From an uncultured virus (IMG/VR IMGVR_UViG_3300028888_000068) (taxonomy: Duplodnaviria; Heunggongvirae; Uroviricota; Caudoviricetes): a stretch of 64,000 bases of DNA. The stretch lies in IMG/VR virus record IMGVR_UViG_3300028888_000068. One strand, given 5' to 3'. Numbering within the stretch: position 1 is the stretch's first letter; each line of letters starts with the position of its first letter. The position numbers and the translations under genes are program-made. The notes under the pieces are model-generated. The model was not told the origin of the DNA. It searched no databases and was given only the letters and a program-made list of their open reading frames with translations. This document shows, in pieces, positions 29,729-40,603 of this stretch.

Positions 29729-29824
29729 GTTCTTTCATAGATAAGGAAATAGTTTCCAAAAGGTCGCGAAATTCACCATCTAAGAGCTCTTCAAATATCA
29801 ACTTAAAGAACTCTCCTCTAGTCA

Positions 29825-30094
29825 TCATACTTTTTTCGTGTAGATTCGACCATCTGAGCTCTGCAGAAAAATTTTATTAATTTCAACAATCTCGAAATGA
29901 TCTTCTGCATATTGATAAAGATTGTTTCTAAATATATCCCCAGGAGGACATTTCAGAACATTTCTAACAAAGTCAAAAGCTTTTTTAGCTTGTGGATAAC
30001 TAAGCCGGCCTTCTCGCGCAGCTCTTAGTGTAGTATATCCGGCAAGATTTCCAACTACCTCTCCTGTGTCTCGATCTATAATGATGTATCTCAT
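29825..30094 (-). CDS. Hypothetical protein
   Basis: ORF in the operon. Confidence 0.65.
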   Translation of the reverse strand: MRYIIIDRDTGEVVGNLAGYTTLRAAREGRLSYPQAKKAFDFVRNVLKCPPGDIFRNNLYQYAEDHFEIVEINKIFLQSSDGRIYTKKV

Positions 30095-30396
30095 TTAGTT
30101 TTGCTTTTCCAGATATATCTCATTATCTCTTTTTCTTCATCGCTCCTCTTGCCATACCCAAGAGCCGCCGGACAGTTATAGCCAATATAGATAAAACCTA
30201 AGAGATTTCCGTTGGGGTGAAAGTCTTGTTTAGCCTCATTATATTCTACTGTATCAAGACCATCTTTCCAACCCTGTGGAAAATCTAAGGTATCAAGGTA
30301 GACATATGACCATTCATTATTTTCTTTTATCATAACACAGTCTCTTCCACCTAGGTCAAGACTGTCTCGTAGCTTTCTAAATTCTACAGGATTCAT
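30091..30396 (-). CDS. Hypothetical protein
   Basis: ORF with 4-nt overlaps. Confidence 0.65.
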   Translation of the reverse strand: MNPVEFRKLRDSLDLGGRDCVMIKENNEWSYVYLDTLDFPQGWKDGLDTVEYNEAKQDFHPNGNLLGFIYIGYNCPAALGYGKRSDEEKEIMRYIWKSKTK

Positions 30397-30668
30397 ATTG
30401 CAATTTTACAAAATAATAGGTCAGTTACTGCTATAAGCTCAGACAGAGTTAGCATATCAAGGTATGTCGTTGGAACAAAAGAGGATTCACTAAGCTCTCT
30501 AGGATTATCACATTCTGGATTATAGTAGTCATCAAGCCATACAAGATTATTGTCTGAGTCTATAAAGAAGCCATCAAAGTACTTCTCTTCTTGCTTATCT
30601 AAGAACTCACGCACTTTATCTAAGATTAGGTTTCTTAGATTTTCTTTTGCCTCCCATATTACATCCAT
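30393..30668 (-). CDS. Hypothetical protein
   Basis: ORF in the operon. Confidence 0.65.
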   Translation of the reverse strand: MDVIWEAKENLRNLILDKVREFLDKQEEKYFDGFFIDSDNNLVWLDDYYNPECDNPRELSESSFVPTTYLDMLTLSELIAVTDLLFCKIAI

Positions 30669-31498
30669 CCTAAGATATCCTCCTTTGCTTTTATAGGTTC
30701 CATCTTTATTCTTCCTTCCTTAATTTCATCCACCTTTCCTTTAAGCCAGTCTAGTCCTTCTTTTTCTTCCTTAGTCCAGCCTTCTTCTTGATATCCTATG
30801 AAGATAAAACCATAACCAAGATATAAAGACTCAATTATATCTCCGTATATTTCTGCAATCATATATGGTGGATATGGTTTGAGTTCCTCGGGCTGGAGAA
30901 TATAAACTTTCGTATCCGCCTCTTCATGTTCCGCCGAGACTAAGTATTTCTCTTTCTTCTTTGGTCTCTTTGGAAGCGGCGGAAGGAAGGCGGTTATTTC
31001 TTTTCCTGTCCAGCCCGATATCCAAACCTTTTCTGGCTTAGGATCTATATCGTATCTTATGTTTGCCCTAGATTCTCTGAGCGTCAAGATTGCATATTCA
31101 CTAGAAGCTCCCGGAATAATAGATTTCTCGGCAGTAACTTTAATATGCATACTGTCATCATATTCAGTAATTCCAAGGTCATTTACAACAAACCTAGTCC
31201 AGATATCTTCAAGGTTTTTTATAAGATTGCTGGAGTCTTTGTGTGATGCGTTTTTCTTTAGGATGAATCTAAGATGTAGCTCAAATTGTTTCGTCGTCCT
31301 GAGCCACTCCAAGTATTCGCTAAAATCAACTGCCAGAAGCTGACATCGTACTTCAGATTCAACACGATTAGCTTCTGGATTTTTATATATTGCTGCTATA
31401 GGTTTACCTCCTTTATAGATAACCCTAGCATTATACAGAGCATTGACTGAAACGAACTTAGATTGAAGCGTAATCAGAACATTAAGTTCTTTTACCAT
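30659..31498 (-). CDS. RusA-like Holliday junction resolvase with C-terminal extension
   Basis: SVN..Y, DSSNLIKNLED and DD motifs. Confidence 0.7.
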   Translation of the reverse strand: MVKELNVLITLQSKFVSVNALYNARVIYKGGKPIAAIYKNPEANRVESEVRCQLLAVDFSEYLEWLRTTKQFELHLRFILKKNASHKDSSNLIKNLEDIWTRFVVNDLGITEYDDSMHIKVTAEKSIIPGASSEYAILTLRESRANIRYDIDPKPEKVWISGWTGKEITAFLPPLPKRPKKKEKYLVSAEHEEADTKVYILQPEELKPYPPYMIAEIYGDIIESLYLGYGFIFIGYQEEGWTKEEKEGLDWLKGKVDEIKEGRIKMEPIKAKEDILGWM

Positions 31499-31503
31499 GA
31501 CTT

Positions 31504-32901
31504 TTATGGATTAATGAATGGATTAAAACCAATTTGTTTTTGCTGTTGTTTTCTTTTTGCTTCAACATCAGCCCTAATCCTATTTTCTTGTGCATTCTGT
31601 TGACCAATCATAGAATCTATTTCAAATTCTGTATACATGTGTTTTTCTGTATCAGTCTTAAGTTGGTCGTATAAGCCCTTCGGAATCTCTTTCCATCTAC
31701 CATTATTAAGTCGAATTGTATATGCCTTAGCTCCTTCTTCACCACGACGATTTTTACTAATCTTGATGGTGTGAAGATGATTAGGACATTTTTCTTCTCG
31801 ACCTATACCAATAATCATATCAGCCGTGTGTTGTTTTCTTGATGATTCGCCTATATCAGACATTTCAAGAACACTATTATTCCAAGCCGTGATTTTTGGT
31901 TGAGATGCGATAAAGACTAATTTCCCAAGAAGTACAAGCTCATTTATCGTCTCATATAGCTTGCCGAATTCATTATACATCGAGTCTCCTTCTCCAACAC
32001 CTTTCGAGTTAGAGTCATAGTCAACGATAACTACATCATAGAATGCACCTCTAGATTTTACAAATTCAACTATTTCATCTGCACTAACTTTTCCGGCTGC
32101 ATTAATTGAGATTTCTAAGTTGTCATTAAGAACTTGACACATACTATTATAAATATCTCCCAGCTGTCTTTGAGTGTCTGCAAATGATAGTCCACTAAAC
32201 ATAGCTCCCGTTCGTACTATAAAGTCTTTCATATTTAAGTCACCAAGAGCTACATAAAGAGTTTTATATCCATGAGTTGCAAAATATAGGGCTTCACTCA
32301 TTAGCCACAGACTCTTTCCAGTTCCAGGAGCAGCACATACAATTGCCATCATTCCTCTTGGATATCCTGGATTTGGGTCAAAGCTTAAGTTTACCCAATC
32401 ATATCGACTTGGAATATATGAGTCGGCTGAATCTGCAATAATAGTATTTATATCAATCTTTGAAAAACCAGTCGAACCAAAGATATCAACATTTGTAGAA
32501 ACATAATCTACATTCTTTAGATACTTAAGATATTCTGCTGGAGATTGATTATAAAACTGTCCTGCTTTTCGTATAATCGCCGCTGCACAAATATTATTAA
32601 GGTAGTCAGCAGCGGGTTGTATTTGTTCTTTTGTGTAGGATTTCCATCTTAGTATTTCATCCATTATTTGTCTGCTTTCCTGTGGAGTTTTTGCACACTT
32701 CGCTAGGATAGAATCAAATAATGGTTGTCCTATAGCATCAAGGTTGTAATCCCTGATGGCATGTAAGATTTCTTTTACTAGTGGATTTCCCGAAGTATTT
32801 GGATTAGTATCAAAATAATATTCAATGTTTTCTATATTCTGTTTAGCCTGATTGAATATAAACTGATTCAATAGACTAAACAACATTTGCATATTCTCCA
32901 T
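31504..32901 (-). CDS. DnaB-like replicative helicase
   Basis: Walker A APGTGKS, VIVDY, ASQ, ESSRKQHTAD and KNRRG. Confidence 0.85.
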   Translation of the reverse strand: MENMQMLFSLLNQFIFNQAKQNIENIEYYFDTNPNTSGNPLVKEILHAIRDYNLDAIGQPLFDSILAKCAKTPQESRQIMDEILRWKSYTKEQIQPAADYLNNICAAAIIRKAGQFYNQSPAEYLKYLKNVDYVSTNVDIFGSTGFSKIDINTIIADSADSYIPSRYDWVNLSFDPNPGYPRGMMAIVCAAPGTGKSLWLMSEALYFATHGYKTLYVALGDLNMKDFIVRTGAMFSGLSFADTQRQLGDIYNSMCQVLNDNLEISINAAGKVSADEIVEFVKSRGAFYDVVIVDYDSNSKGVGEGDSMYNEFGKLYETINELVLLGKLVFIASQPKITAWNNSVLEMSDIGESSRKQHTADMIIGIGREEKCPNHLHTIKISKNRRGEEGAKAYTIRLNNGRWKEIPKGLYDQLKTDTEKHMYTEFEIDSMIGQQNAQENRIRADVEAKRKQQQKQIGFNPFINP

Positions 32902-34403
32902 TATAGATTTACTTCAAAAATCTCACTATCTGTAATATCACAATATTTATAGTATGTGTGAATTAACTCATCTCTATTTTCCATACCCTTCGAATAGACT
33001 GGTATCTTTTTCTTTGGGTGTGGTTCTAGGCTGATAAGATTCATATGTGCTCCGCGGGCTGTTCTACCTACACTCTGAAGAACAACTCCGGCCGCTTTTC
33101 CTTGCGCTAGAAATGTGGTCTCAAGACCAGGTAAATCTAGCGCTCTAAATCCGGCCGATGTGGAGGGAATTATATCAACCAGCCCATTTCTCACATATTC
33201 ACAAGCCTTTTCTAGTGTCTTAAGATTAGTTCTGTTTCCTTGAAGATCATAATATATATAACCCTCACCACAAATCAAGAGAATCCTAAAGACACCCATA
33301 AACCAATTATTTACCCACTCTGAAATAATCTTCTCAAGGTTATTCATTGGAAGATACATCATCGGATATTTCTTACCGAGCTTAACTATAACTTGACAAA
33401 CTTCTGGAGTTGTAAATATTCTAGTCAAGGCATTTAAATATTGGTTTGTTCCATCAGCAAAATCATCGGGCAGGAACTTTACTTGATTGAGAGCATTAGT
33501 TTTAACTCGAATATTGTCAATCTTTAGTGTCAGCGGCATTCGATAGACTAGACTTGGTCCAAAATATTTAACTAAGTCTTTATTTCGGATTATAACATCA
33601 TCTAGTCCATTTACGAAAGTTATCATTTCTCCTTTCGCCTTATCTGCTGTTCCTGAGAATCCATAGAAGTGGTCTGCATGAATAATTCTGTCATATAAGA
33701 ACATTCCAGAATCATTAATCGTATATTCTACTTCATCAACCATTAAGACATCAACACTTGACCAATAGGCTTCAAGTTTTTTAAGTTCAGCCGGATCTCT
33801 TACATCTTTTCGATTTAGAAGTCCAGAAGTTATCATACATTGAAGTCTTCCGTCGGCTGTAGGAAGCTCAATTCCAAATCTTTCTTTTATTCTCTTTTCA
33901 AGTTCCTGTCGTGGTTTCTGCTGAGGTGCAACAAGAAGTACTGTTTTTCCAATACTATAGAAATAATTAGCCAAAGTTGCTATCAACTCAGTTTTTCCAT
34001 ATGAGGTATAGCATGAAAATAATCCAACCTTATATTTTAAGAGGTGTAAGGCATCTTCATTTTGATAATCTCTAAGATTTGGAAACGGTGCTTCTCGATA
34101 GGTTTCAGACATAATTGCACTTAAGACATCATTGTAGTCATCAAGACTCATATAAGTTTTGAAGACATTAAGAATATATGCTGCAAATCCAAGACCTACC
34201 CGAAATGTATATACACCTCTAGAATCAGCTTTGGGTTTCCTACCATCATAAAGTCTGGTTGTGGTTACTATAGTTCCCCATTGCTTTTTCCAAGGTATAT
34301 ATCCAGTATCTCTTTTGGTAGATTCTAGGAGATATGCAACACTGCTATCATCTGTCTCAATCACAATCTTCCCAACCGACCTGTCTACATAAACATGGAT
34401 CAT
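32901..34403 (-). CDS. SF2 helicase (UvsW-like)
   Basis: LRDYQ, TSYGKT, VDEVE, SGT and QSVGRTAR. Confidence 0.85.
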   Translation of the reverse strand: MIHVYVDRSVGKIVIETDDSSVAYLLESTKRDTGYIPWKKQWGTIVTTTRLYDGRKPKADSRGVYTFRVGLGFAAYILNVFKTYMSLDDYNDVLSAIMSETYREAPFPNLRDYQNEDALHLLKYKVGLFSCYTSYGKTELIATLANYFYSIGKTVLLVAPQQKPRQELEKRIKERFGIELPTADGRLQCMITSGLLNRKDVRDPAELKKLEAYWSSVDVLMVDEVEYTINDSGMFLYDRIIHADHFYGFSGTADKAKGEMITFVNGLDDVIIRNKDLVKYFGPSLVYRMPLTLKIDNIRVKTNALNQVKFLPDDFADGTNQYLNALTRIFTTPEVCQVIVKLGKKYPMMYLPMNNLEKIISEWVNNWFMGVFRILLICGEGYIYYDLQGNRTNLKTLEKACEYVRNGLVDIIPSTSAGFRALDLPGLETTFLAQGKAAGVVLQSVGRTARGAHMNLISLEPHPKKKIPVYSKGMENRDELIHTYYKYCDITDSEIFEVNL

Positions 34404-34596
34404 CTTCTGCTACTTTTATTTGACTAATGATGGTTTCAACGGTTCTGACTGGATATTGGTCTATGTACCAGATTCTCCAGACTTCTCCCATAACAGTATC
34501 TACAACAAATTCTGCTTTCCATAGTAGTCCTTTAAAACCCAAACCCACTTGCACTGGGGTTCCATATTTCAAATCCAGAATCTCTTTTCTTGTCAT
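34357..34596 (-). CDS. Hypothetical protein
   Basis: Small ORF overlapping both neighbours; start trimmed. Confidence 0.45.
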   Translation of the reverse strand: MTRKEILDLKYGTPVQVGLGFKGLLWKAEFVVDTVMGEVWRIWYIDQYPVRTVETIISQIKVAEDDPCLCRQVGWEDCD

Positions 34597-35524
34597 CTTT
34601 TCTTTCCCACTGCAGACTCCATCCATTCTTAATTCTTTTCTTTAGATTTTCCTCAGGGTCTTCTCCGTCGGATGGAATTATATGAATTGGACAGTAATCT
34701 ATTGTGCTTTTAACTCGGTCAGCTATTTTCTTTGATATTTTAGTTTCGTCCATATAAATTAATATCTCTGACGGAACGTACTCTCTAAGAAATTCTAGCT
34801 GATAATCTGATATACTCGAACCTAGAACGGCAAACGGTATATATTCAGGGAACATTATTAAGTCAGCTATTGCATCAAAAACACCCTCTGAAATTATCAT
34901 CTTATTTCCGCTAGGTTGTACATTATGATCTATCACATAAGGTGGTTTTGCTGATATTGGCGGGAAGAAGTATCGTATTGGACTATCACCAGTAAATCTA
35001 ATCTGATAATAGAATATTTCGCCTTTATATTTAAACGGCATTACTACATTATCTTCCCAAAATTTGAAGTCTAAGGCTTTATACAATTCTTTCATAAATC
35101 CGTGCCTCCCGATTAGATATTGTACGCCTTTCTCAGAATAATCATCAAATTCATACTTAAACTTATCGAGAGACCAAGTTGGATCAGTCAGAGGAACGAG
35201 ATTAAACCCTTTCCAGCCAAAGAAATTTCCAAACTCAGGTACCTTAAATGATACATCAACATTATCATTTATATTAATGAAGGCTCTTGTACAGACAAAA
35301 CAGTGTCCTTCCGAAAGATCTTCTTTTATGTATAATTTGTGCTTAGTATGTCCCTCTGCTTTACAAAACGGACAATGACAAATATACTCTCCGGTCGATT
35401 CATTGAGAAACGTTCTTACTTGGTCCATGGTTCCAACGCCATAGATATCCATAAGAAGGTCCTCCATATTGCAGAATACTACTTTCTTTCCTTTTTTAGT
35501 AGTTATTTCTTTGTAATCAACCAT
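34532..35524 (-). CDS. DNA primase
   Basis: CPFC...H...CFVC zinc finger; TOPRIM ISEGVFDA and YMD. Confidence 0.85.
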   Translation of the reverse strand: MVDYKEITTKKGKKVVFCNMEDLLMDIYGVGTMDQVRTFLNESTGEYICHCPFCKAEGHTKHKLYIKEDLSEGHCFVCTRAFININDNVDVSFKVPEFGNFFGWKGFNLVPLTDPTWSLDKFKYEFDDYSEKGVQYLIGRHGFMKELYKALDFKFWEDNVVMPFKYKGEIFYYQIRFTGDSPIRYFFPPISAKPPYVIDHNVQPSGNKMIISEGVFDAIADLIMFPEYIPFAVLGSSISDYQLEFLREYVPSEILIYMDETKISKKIADRVKSTIDYCPIHIIPSDGEDPEENLKKRIKNGWSLQWERKDDKKRDSGFEIWNPSASGFGF

Positions 35525-35583
35525 AATCTTAAAAAATTAAAATGAGAGCCCTTAGAAAATATCCAAGAGACTCTCATTCAGAT

Positions 35584-35979
35584 TTATTCTTCCGTACCGT
35601 CCGCTTTCTTAACTCGGATTGTACGCTTCTTTGGGAGCTCTTCTTCTACTTGAGCTTCCTCTTTCTGCTCTTCTACTGGTTTCTCTTCCTCTGCTTCCTT
35701 AATTACTTCGGGAGCTTTAGGAGCGAATCTTTGAATAGCTTCTTCTAGAGACTGAACTACATAATTGACGGCAACAGGATTACTTGAGGTCATAGACAGC
35801 TCATATGGTCCTGCTACGATAATTGCTAGCTCATCTGTTGTAAATGATGTTACAATTAAGCTAATCAGATCATTAGTAATTCCTAGGTTTCCAGAAACGG
35901 ATTTAGGTTCAATACTAATTCTTTCTTTTCCTGCATAAGGCAGACTTACTTGTGAATTGGTTCCATTATAAATTCGCAT
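35584..35979 (-). CDS. Hypothetical protein
   Basis: 131-aa ORF followed by a hairpin at ~35543-35578. Confidence 0.7.
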   Translation of the reverse strand: MRIYNGTNSQVSLPYAGKERISIEPKSVSGNLGITNDLISLIVTSFTTDELAIIVAGPYELSMTSSNPVAVNYVVQSLEEAIQRFAPKAPEVIKEAEEEKPVEEQKEEAQVEEELPKKRTIRVKKADGTEE

Positions 35980-36074
35980 ATCTTAAAACGTTTTAAAAAT
36001 GTTCTAAATATTTTAAATTTCACTATCAATTCTTAATAATCTTTCTCTCAGGTAATTCCTGAGAGTCTCTACTA

Positions 36075-37316
36075 TTAAGAGTCTTGGTCCTTCGTCTCCG
36101 CAGATTCAACTGTTTCAGGTTGAATTTCTGATTCTGGTTCTGAAGCTTCTACTCTTTCCTGTAGTTCGCAAAATTCAAGGGACTTGTTATTAATGTAGAG
36201 CATATAGTTTTTCATCTCAGCTCCATCTAATCTCTTAAACATTCCAAATCCCCAAAAATGAGGCTTTATTGCAGTTATTATGAAAAGCTTCTCACCCGCT
36301 CGACTAGATCTAACTTCCCACCCTTTATCTTCAGAATAATAGTGCTTTATCGTCTCAACTACGTGCGGCCTAAATAAGGATAGGATTGCAAGGTCAGAGT
36401 CTGTATCCTTTGGTGTGATAAAATCTTCATAATACTTATAAATATCATCCTCAAGGCTTCCAACTTCAACATCAAAATCCCTGGTCTCTTCATAAGCTTT
36501 TCCAAGTCGTATCTCAAGTTCTTCTGGAACGTATATTGTGTCCTGAAATCCAAGAGGAATTATATGATTTACGTCAAGCTTTAGAGAAACTTCAACGGCT
36601 CTCTTGATTGGTTTAAGAAGCTTAAAGACTGATTTATCAAGAGAATACATTTTAGGATTCTTTATCTCTTTTCCTATAAGACTGTCAAGATAATCTCTAT
36701 CTTGTCTTGCAGCAAAAATATCTCTAGATGATAAGAAGCCTAAAGTTACGTAAGAAGCAAAGAATTCTAGGAGATATGGAACAGAAAAACTATCAATAAC
36801 AGCCTGAGAAGAGACATGCCCTCCAAAAGCATTAAATCCAATAATCTGAATTGCCTCTTCTTCCGCCCATGATATAATTTCGTAATTAAAGTTTAGTGGG
36901 CATATATCCATTCCAATATATTCAAGATTCGGTAAAACGGTCTGTATATCTTTGATTCTATCAACTGATTCTGGATTATATATACCAATTGCATCTACAT
37001 ACCCCCTATCAACTAAGAAAGATAGTTCGTCAGCATATTTAATGAAATCACACTTTGCATCAACTAGAAGAAGGTCTATTGTTCCTCTTCCAAGCTGATC
37101 TAAGTGCAATCCTACCGCTTCAGATGACCTGTCTAAGAAATCAATTTTAGTAACAAGAGGAGAACCAGAACATTGTTTGACATATTCTGAAATTGCATCT
37201 TCATTATTTGCTGTAATTGAAGTGCAAAGATATCCAAATTCGTTGTCCTCTGATGGCGAATAGTCTAATGTTGTAAGATCTAATCCAGCTCCTTCTATTT
37301 TAAATAACTTGCTCAT
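36075..37316 (-). CDS. Divergent aldo/keto-reductase-fold protein
   Basis: LDQLGRGTIDLLLVD, LVDRGYVDAIGIYN and IQIIGFNAFGG echo AKR motifs in the correct order. Confidence 0.55.
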   Translation of the reverse strand: MSKLFKIEGAGLDLTTLDYSPSEDNEFGYLCTSITANNEDAISEYVKQCSGSPLVTKIDFLDRSSEAVGLHLDQLGRGTIDLLLVDAKCDFIKYADELSFLVDRGYVDAIGIYNPESVDRIKDIQTVLPNLEYIGMDICPLNFNYEIISWAEEEAIQIIGFNAFGGHVSSQAVIDSFSVPYLLEFFASYVTLGFLSSRDIFAARQDRDYLDSLIGKEIKNPKMYSLDKSVFKLLKPIKRAVEVSLKLDVNHIIPLGFQDTIYVPEELEIRLGKAYEETRDFDVEVGSLEDDIYKYYEDFITPKDTDSDLAILSLFRPHVVETIKHYYSEDKGWEVRSSRAGEKLFIITAIKPHFWGFGMFKRLDGAEMKNYMLYINNKSLEFCELQERVEASEPESEIQPETVESAETKDQDS

Positions 37317-38284
37317 ATGATTGAAATATTAATAAAGTCGTCTGTTCTATATTCTGAGATTGGCGACCATAGAAGATTAAATCCAGTGTCGCCTTTATCG
37401 GGATCTAAGAGAACGGTATTTTTCAAGAATACAGTATCTCTAAGAGTTCTCACAAACCTGGATATTTCAAGAACTACATCAAAGATTAACTTGGTAAACG
37501 CTTTGTTTCGCATTATACCTAGCTTAATGATTACATAGTCTTGATATGTTAGATTACGGATAGGAAACTCTTCTCCATTTTTATACAACTTAAAGAGGGA
37601 CTTTACATTATCATATTCTGTATTGAATAATTTAATGCACTGGTCGCCTATCTTAAGTCTCTTGCTTTTTCTATCTCCATTAGGATTTAGAATAGAATAT
37701 CTGCTATGATGTTTCTTGTCAAAGGGAACCATCTCTGGAAACCTAATTTCATAATCTCCGATAATAGTTTTATCCTTTTCGAGAACAACCCCAGAATAAA
37801 GTCTAGTAAGATTGACTATTTTTATTCCTTCCAAGTTATCCATTGATATAATCTTTGGATATCCAGGTTTCCAGTCTAGGAACCAAATTTCATTTCTTCC
37901 CGGAGGGTCCAAAGAATTAACTACCTTTTTAAAGACATTATAGTCATGCGGGAATGTAGTTTTAAGATAAATATCGTCAACAAGAAACAATTGATAATAT
38001 CTATCACCAGGAAGTTTAGAATAGAAGTCTTTTATGTTCCTAATAATACCTCCTGTCAGTGCTTCTTGTTCAGATTTCTTCTTAGGAGCACAATCCCAAC
38101 ACGGACAATAATAGAAATTTGGGTCTAGGTATGTTAGTGGTTCAAGAGGGGAATTGCATCTATAACAAAATCCGTCCTCGTCGGGTTCAAGAGTTAGTTT
38201 TATTTCAGTAAACTCTTGATATCCCATAAAATGTTTTTGTCTTATTTCTTTTTCTAGCTCTACAGAATCATTAGCTATTTTCAT
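37313..38284 (-). CDS. Hypothetical protein with zinc ribbon
   Basis: CYRC...CWDC. Confidence 0.7.
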   Translation of the reverse strand: MKIANDSVELEKEIRQKHFMGYQEFTEIKLTLEPDEDGFCYRCNSPLEPLTYLDPNFYYCPCWDCAPKKKSEQEALTGGIIRNIKDFYSKLPGDRYYQLFLVDDIYLKTTFPHDYNVFKKVVNSLDPPGRNEIWFLDWKPGYPKIISMDNLEGIKIVNLTRLYSGVVLEKDKTIIGDYEIRFPEMVPFDKKHHSRYSILNPNGDRKSKRLKIGDQCIKLFNTEYDNVKSLFKLYKNGEEFPIRNLTYQDYVIIKLGIMRNKAFTKLIFDVVLEISRFVRTLRDTVFLKNTVLLDPDKGDTGFNLLWSPISEYRTDDFINISII

Positions 38285-38290
38285 ATTATT

Positions 38291-38566
38291 TTAATTAGTT
38301 TTTATAGGTAGAAAAAGACTAACGATTCTATCATAGTAAACATAACCGCCTCTACCGTCTTCTCCTCTAATCTCTGCTCCATAATCTACTACAACAGTTT
38401 CTACATTATTTGTATTTGAAAAATTCTGAGCAACCTGTTCAGCATCACTTAGAGAATCAAAGCATAATTGTTTATCATATCTGCTAGTAATACCAACACA
38501 GTCACTGTCAGTTGCTTTATATAATCTTCCAAACAACCAATAATACAGTCTAAATCTCTTCTTCAT
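38291..38566 (-). CDS. Hypothetical protein
   Basis: ORF in the operon. Confidence 0.6.
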   Translation of the reverse strand: MKKRFRLYYWLFGRLYKATDSDCVGITSRYDKQLCFDSLSDAEQVAQNFSNTNNVETVVVDYGAEIRGEDGRGGYVYYDRIVSLFLPIKTN

Positions 38567-39531
38567 TATTTTAGCTTATCAAATCCAGCTTCGGTATACA
38601 AGTCTCTGAGAGCTGATGCTAAAACCCTGACTTCATCTTGAGCTGACTTGTCGGTTCTAAGATAGAAAAATCCTTCTTTCTCCGTCGAACCTTCTTCTGG
38701 CTCTCTAAAGTAGTCCTCGATGAAACCTACCATATAAAACTCAGTCTTACAGTCCTCAGGAAGACCACCTCTTGCATCCTGTGGTTTAAGTCTTGTTGAT
38801 TCTTCGGTTGTAGTTTCAAACTTATATTCATCTTCGGCCTTTCTCCAGAGTTCATCACGTCCGGCTGCAGTTCTATCCTCACAAATCAATGTTCCCCACA
38901 GTTTCTCACCATCTTCATCTAGTACCCATGTTCTTGGTTCTGTCTCTGGCCATTTACAAGTAGAGGCTATTTTCTCTCTAATTGTATATGCCCATTGAGG
39001 AAGAATAATTGTGAGGCCCTCTTTATAATTTATATGTCTTTGCGATTCTTGATTATAACAGAAAGCACGATGTCTAACTACCTGATGTGAACAAGCCCTA
39101 GAACAAACCCAGTGAGATGTTCTTCGGTGGTAAAAATCGGCCGTTGGTTCTCTCCAGTATCTTTCTATTACCCCTCGACCGATTCCTAGTTTGAGACAAA
39201 TTCTATAGTCGGTCGTTACATGAAAGTCTCCATCGGCCGTCTCACTCCACCGAATAAAAGGGCCATATTTTTTTAGTGTATCTATACCCATTAGTTTTTC
39301 AATAAGGTCTAGGTCGTATCTTGGAACATTAAGATATACAGTTCCACAACTAAGACAAGACCAATGTCCAATTCTAATGAGCATGTCTACAAATTTTTCA
39401 TGAGAGTCTTCTGTTATCCTGTCAAAGCTAAGATAACTGATTCTTCCACATTTTTCTATGTGTTTTAACATTCCTGCGATACCTGGACCTTGTTGATCTA
39501 GGATATCTACACTTGGCTTAATTATTTTCAT
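38566..39531 (-). CDS. thyX: FAD-dependent thymidylate synthase
   Basis: IEKCGRISY, GHWS, RHRAFCYNQES (RHRx7S) and PQDARGGLP. Confidence 0.9.
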   Translation of the reverse strand: MKIIKPSVDILDQQGPGIAGMLKHIEKCGRISYLSFDRITEDSHEKFVDMLIRIGHWSCLSCGTVYLNVPRYDLDLIEKLMGIDTLKKYGPFIRWSETADGDFHVTTDYRICLKLGIGRGVIERYWREPTADFYHRRTSHWVCSRACSHQVVRHRAFCYNQESQRHINYKEGLTIILPQWAYTIREKIASTCKWPETEPRTWVLDEDGEKLWGTLICEDRTAAGRDELWRKAEDEYKFETTTEESTRLKPQDARGGLPEDCKTEFYMVGFIEDYFREPEEGSTEKEGFFYLRTDKSAQDEVRVLASALRDLYTEAGFDKLK

Positions 39532-39622
39532 ATATTTTATTTATTTATGTGCATTCTATTAATAGGGCTTTCATTTTCTCTAGGACGCAAAAAGGGGTAT
39601 TTCAACAACAAAAAAGAGAGGG

Positions 39623-40360
39623 TTATAATTCCCTCTCAATGGTGTCTCTTTCAAAACTCTTAACCTCAAGCTGCTTTATGCTATTGAGAAATACCCCAAT
39701 TTTTCTAGAATACTTCTCAGCATTAAATCCAGGCAGCTCTCCAGAAAGAAGATTATGAACTAGAGCTACGTCATTATTTTTATACAGTCCAACAGGTTTT
39801 AGCCAGAAATTATCGTTATCACCATCGATTTCAAAAACTGCGAATTGAGTTTTTGTCCACAGGATATCGATTTTGTATCCTTTTGCTATTCTCTGTGTTT
39901 TCCACCTAAGGTTATTTCTTAGATTAGTAATTAAGTTAATCTGAGCACTGTTGTCAGATGGATTTAGCTCTATCATTGGAAATTTTCCTTGGGCATCAGG
40001 AGATACTACTTTAACAGTCGGTATTCCTATAAGACGCCTAACTTGTTCTTCCCAATTAATCTTCTTTTTCTCAATGACCCCTTTTTCATTTTTCAGGCCA
40101 TCTTTGAATTCTTCAGGAAAAGTTGCGTAGACTATTTCAGTTTCCTCGCTTTCTCCTTTTCTGTCAGTTTTTTCTGTAACCTTCGTAATCGTGAGATAAG
40201 GTTTCAGAGTTTTCTTATTATAGCTTGGGCTACATACTAAGTAAATATACCCAGAATCTCCAAGACTATTGTTGGTTGTAAAGAATGGGTAGTAATTCCC
40301 AATAAGAGTACTATTTTCTCTTTCCATTTTTATTTTTCTTAGTACTTTTGTCTTCTTCAT
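39623..40360 (-). CDS. Hypothetical protein
   Basis: 245-aa ORF. Confidence 0.7.
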   Translation of the reverse strand: MKKTKVLRKIKMERENSTLIGNYYPFFTTNNSLGDSGYIYLVCSPSYNKKTLKPYLTITKVTEKTDRKGESEETEIVYATFPEEFKDGLKNEKGVIEKKKINWEEQVRRLIGIPTVKVVSPDAQGKFPMIELNPSDNSAQINLITNLRNNLRWKTQRIAKGYKIDILWTKTQFAVFEIDGDNDNFWLKPVGLYKNNDVALVHNLLSGELPGFNAEKYSRKIGVFLNSIKQLEVKSFERDTIEREL

Positions 40361-40601
40361 TCTCTATTACTTTACGTATTGGGTCTATACGAGTTACAAT
40401 CCTTCCTCTTGTAAGATCATACGGACTCATTTCTAGCTTAACCCTATCTCCGGCCATAATACGTATAAAATTCTTTCGTATTTTTCCAGAGATGGTACAG
40501 ACTACCTCTCTCGGTGGATCATCTAGGTCAACCCTAAAGAGAGAGTTACCTAATTCTTGAGTTACCGTTCCAAAAAGATCTATATTCTGCTGCTTACTCA
40601 T
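40311..40601 (-). CDS. infA: Translation initiation factor IF-1
   Basis: [32 protein letters not shown]. Confidence 0.95.
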   Translation of the reverse strand: MSKQQNIDLFGTVTQELGNSLFRVDLDDPPREVVCTISGKIRKNFIRIMAGDRVKLEMSPYDLTRGRIVTRIDPIRKVIENEEDKSTKKNKNGKRK

Positions 40602-40603
40602 CT

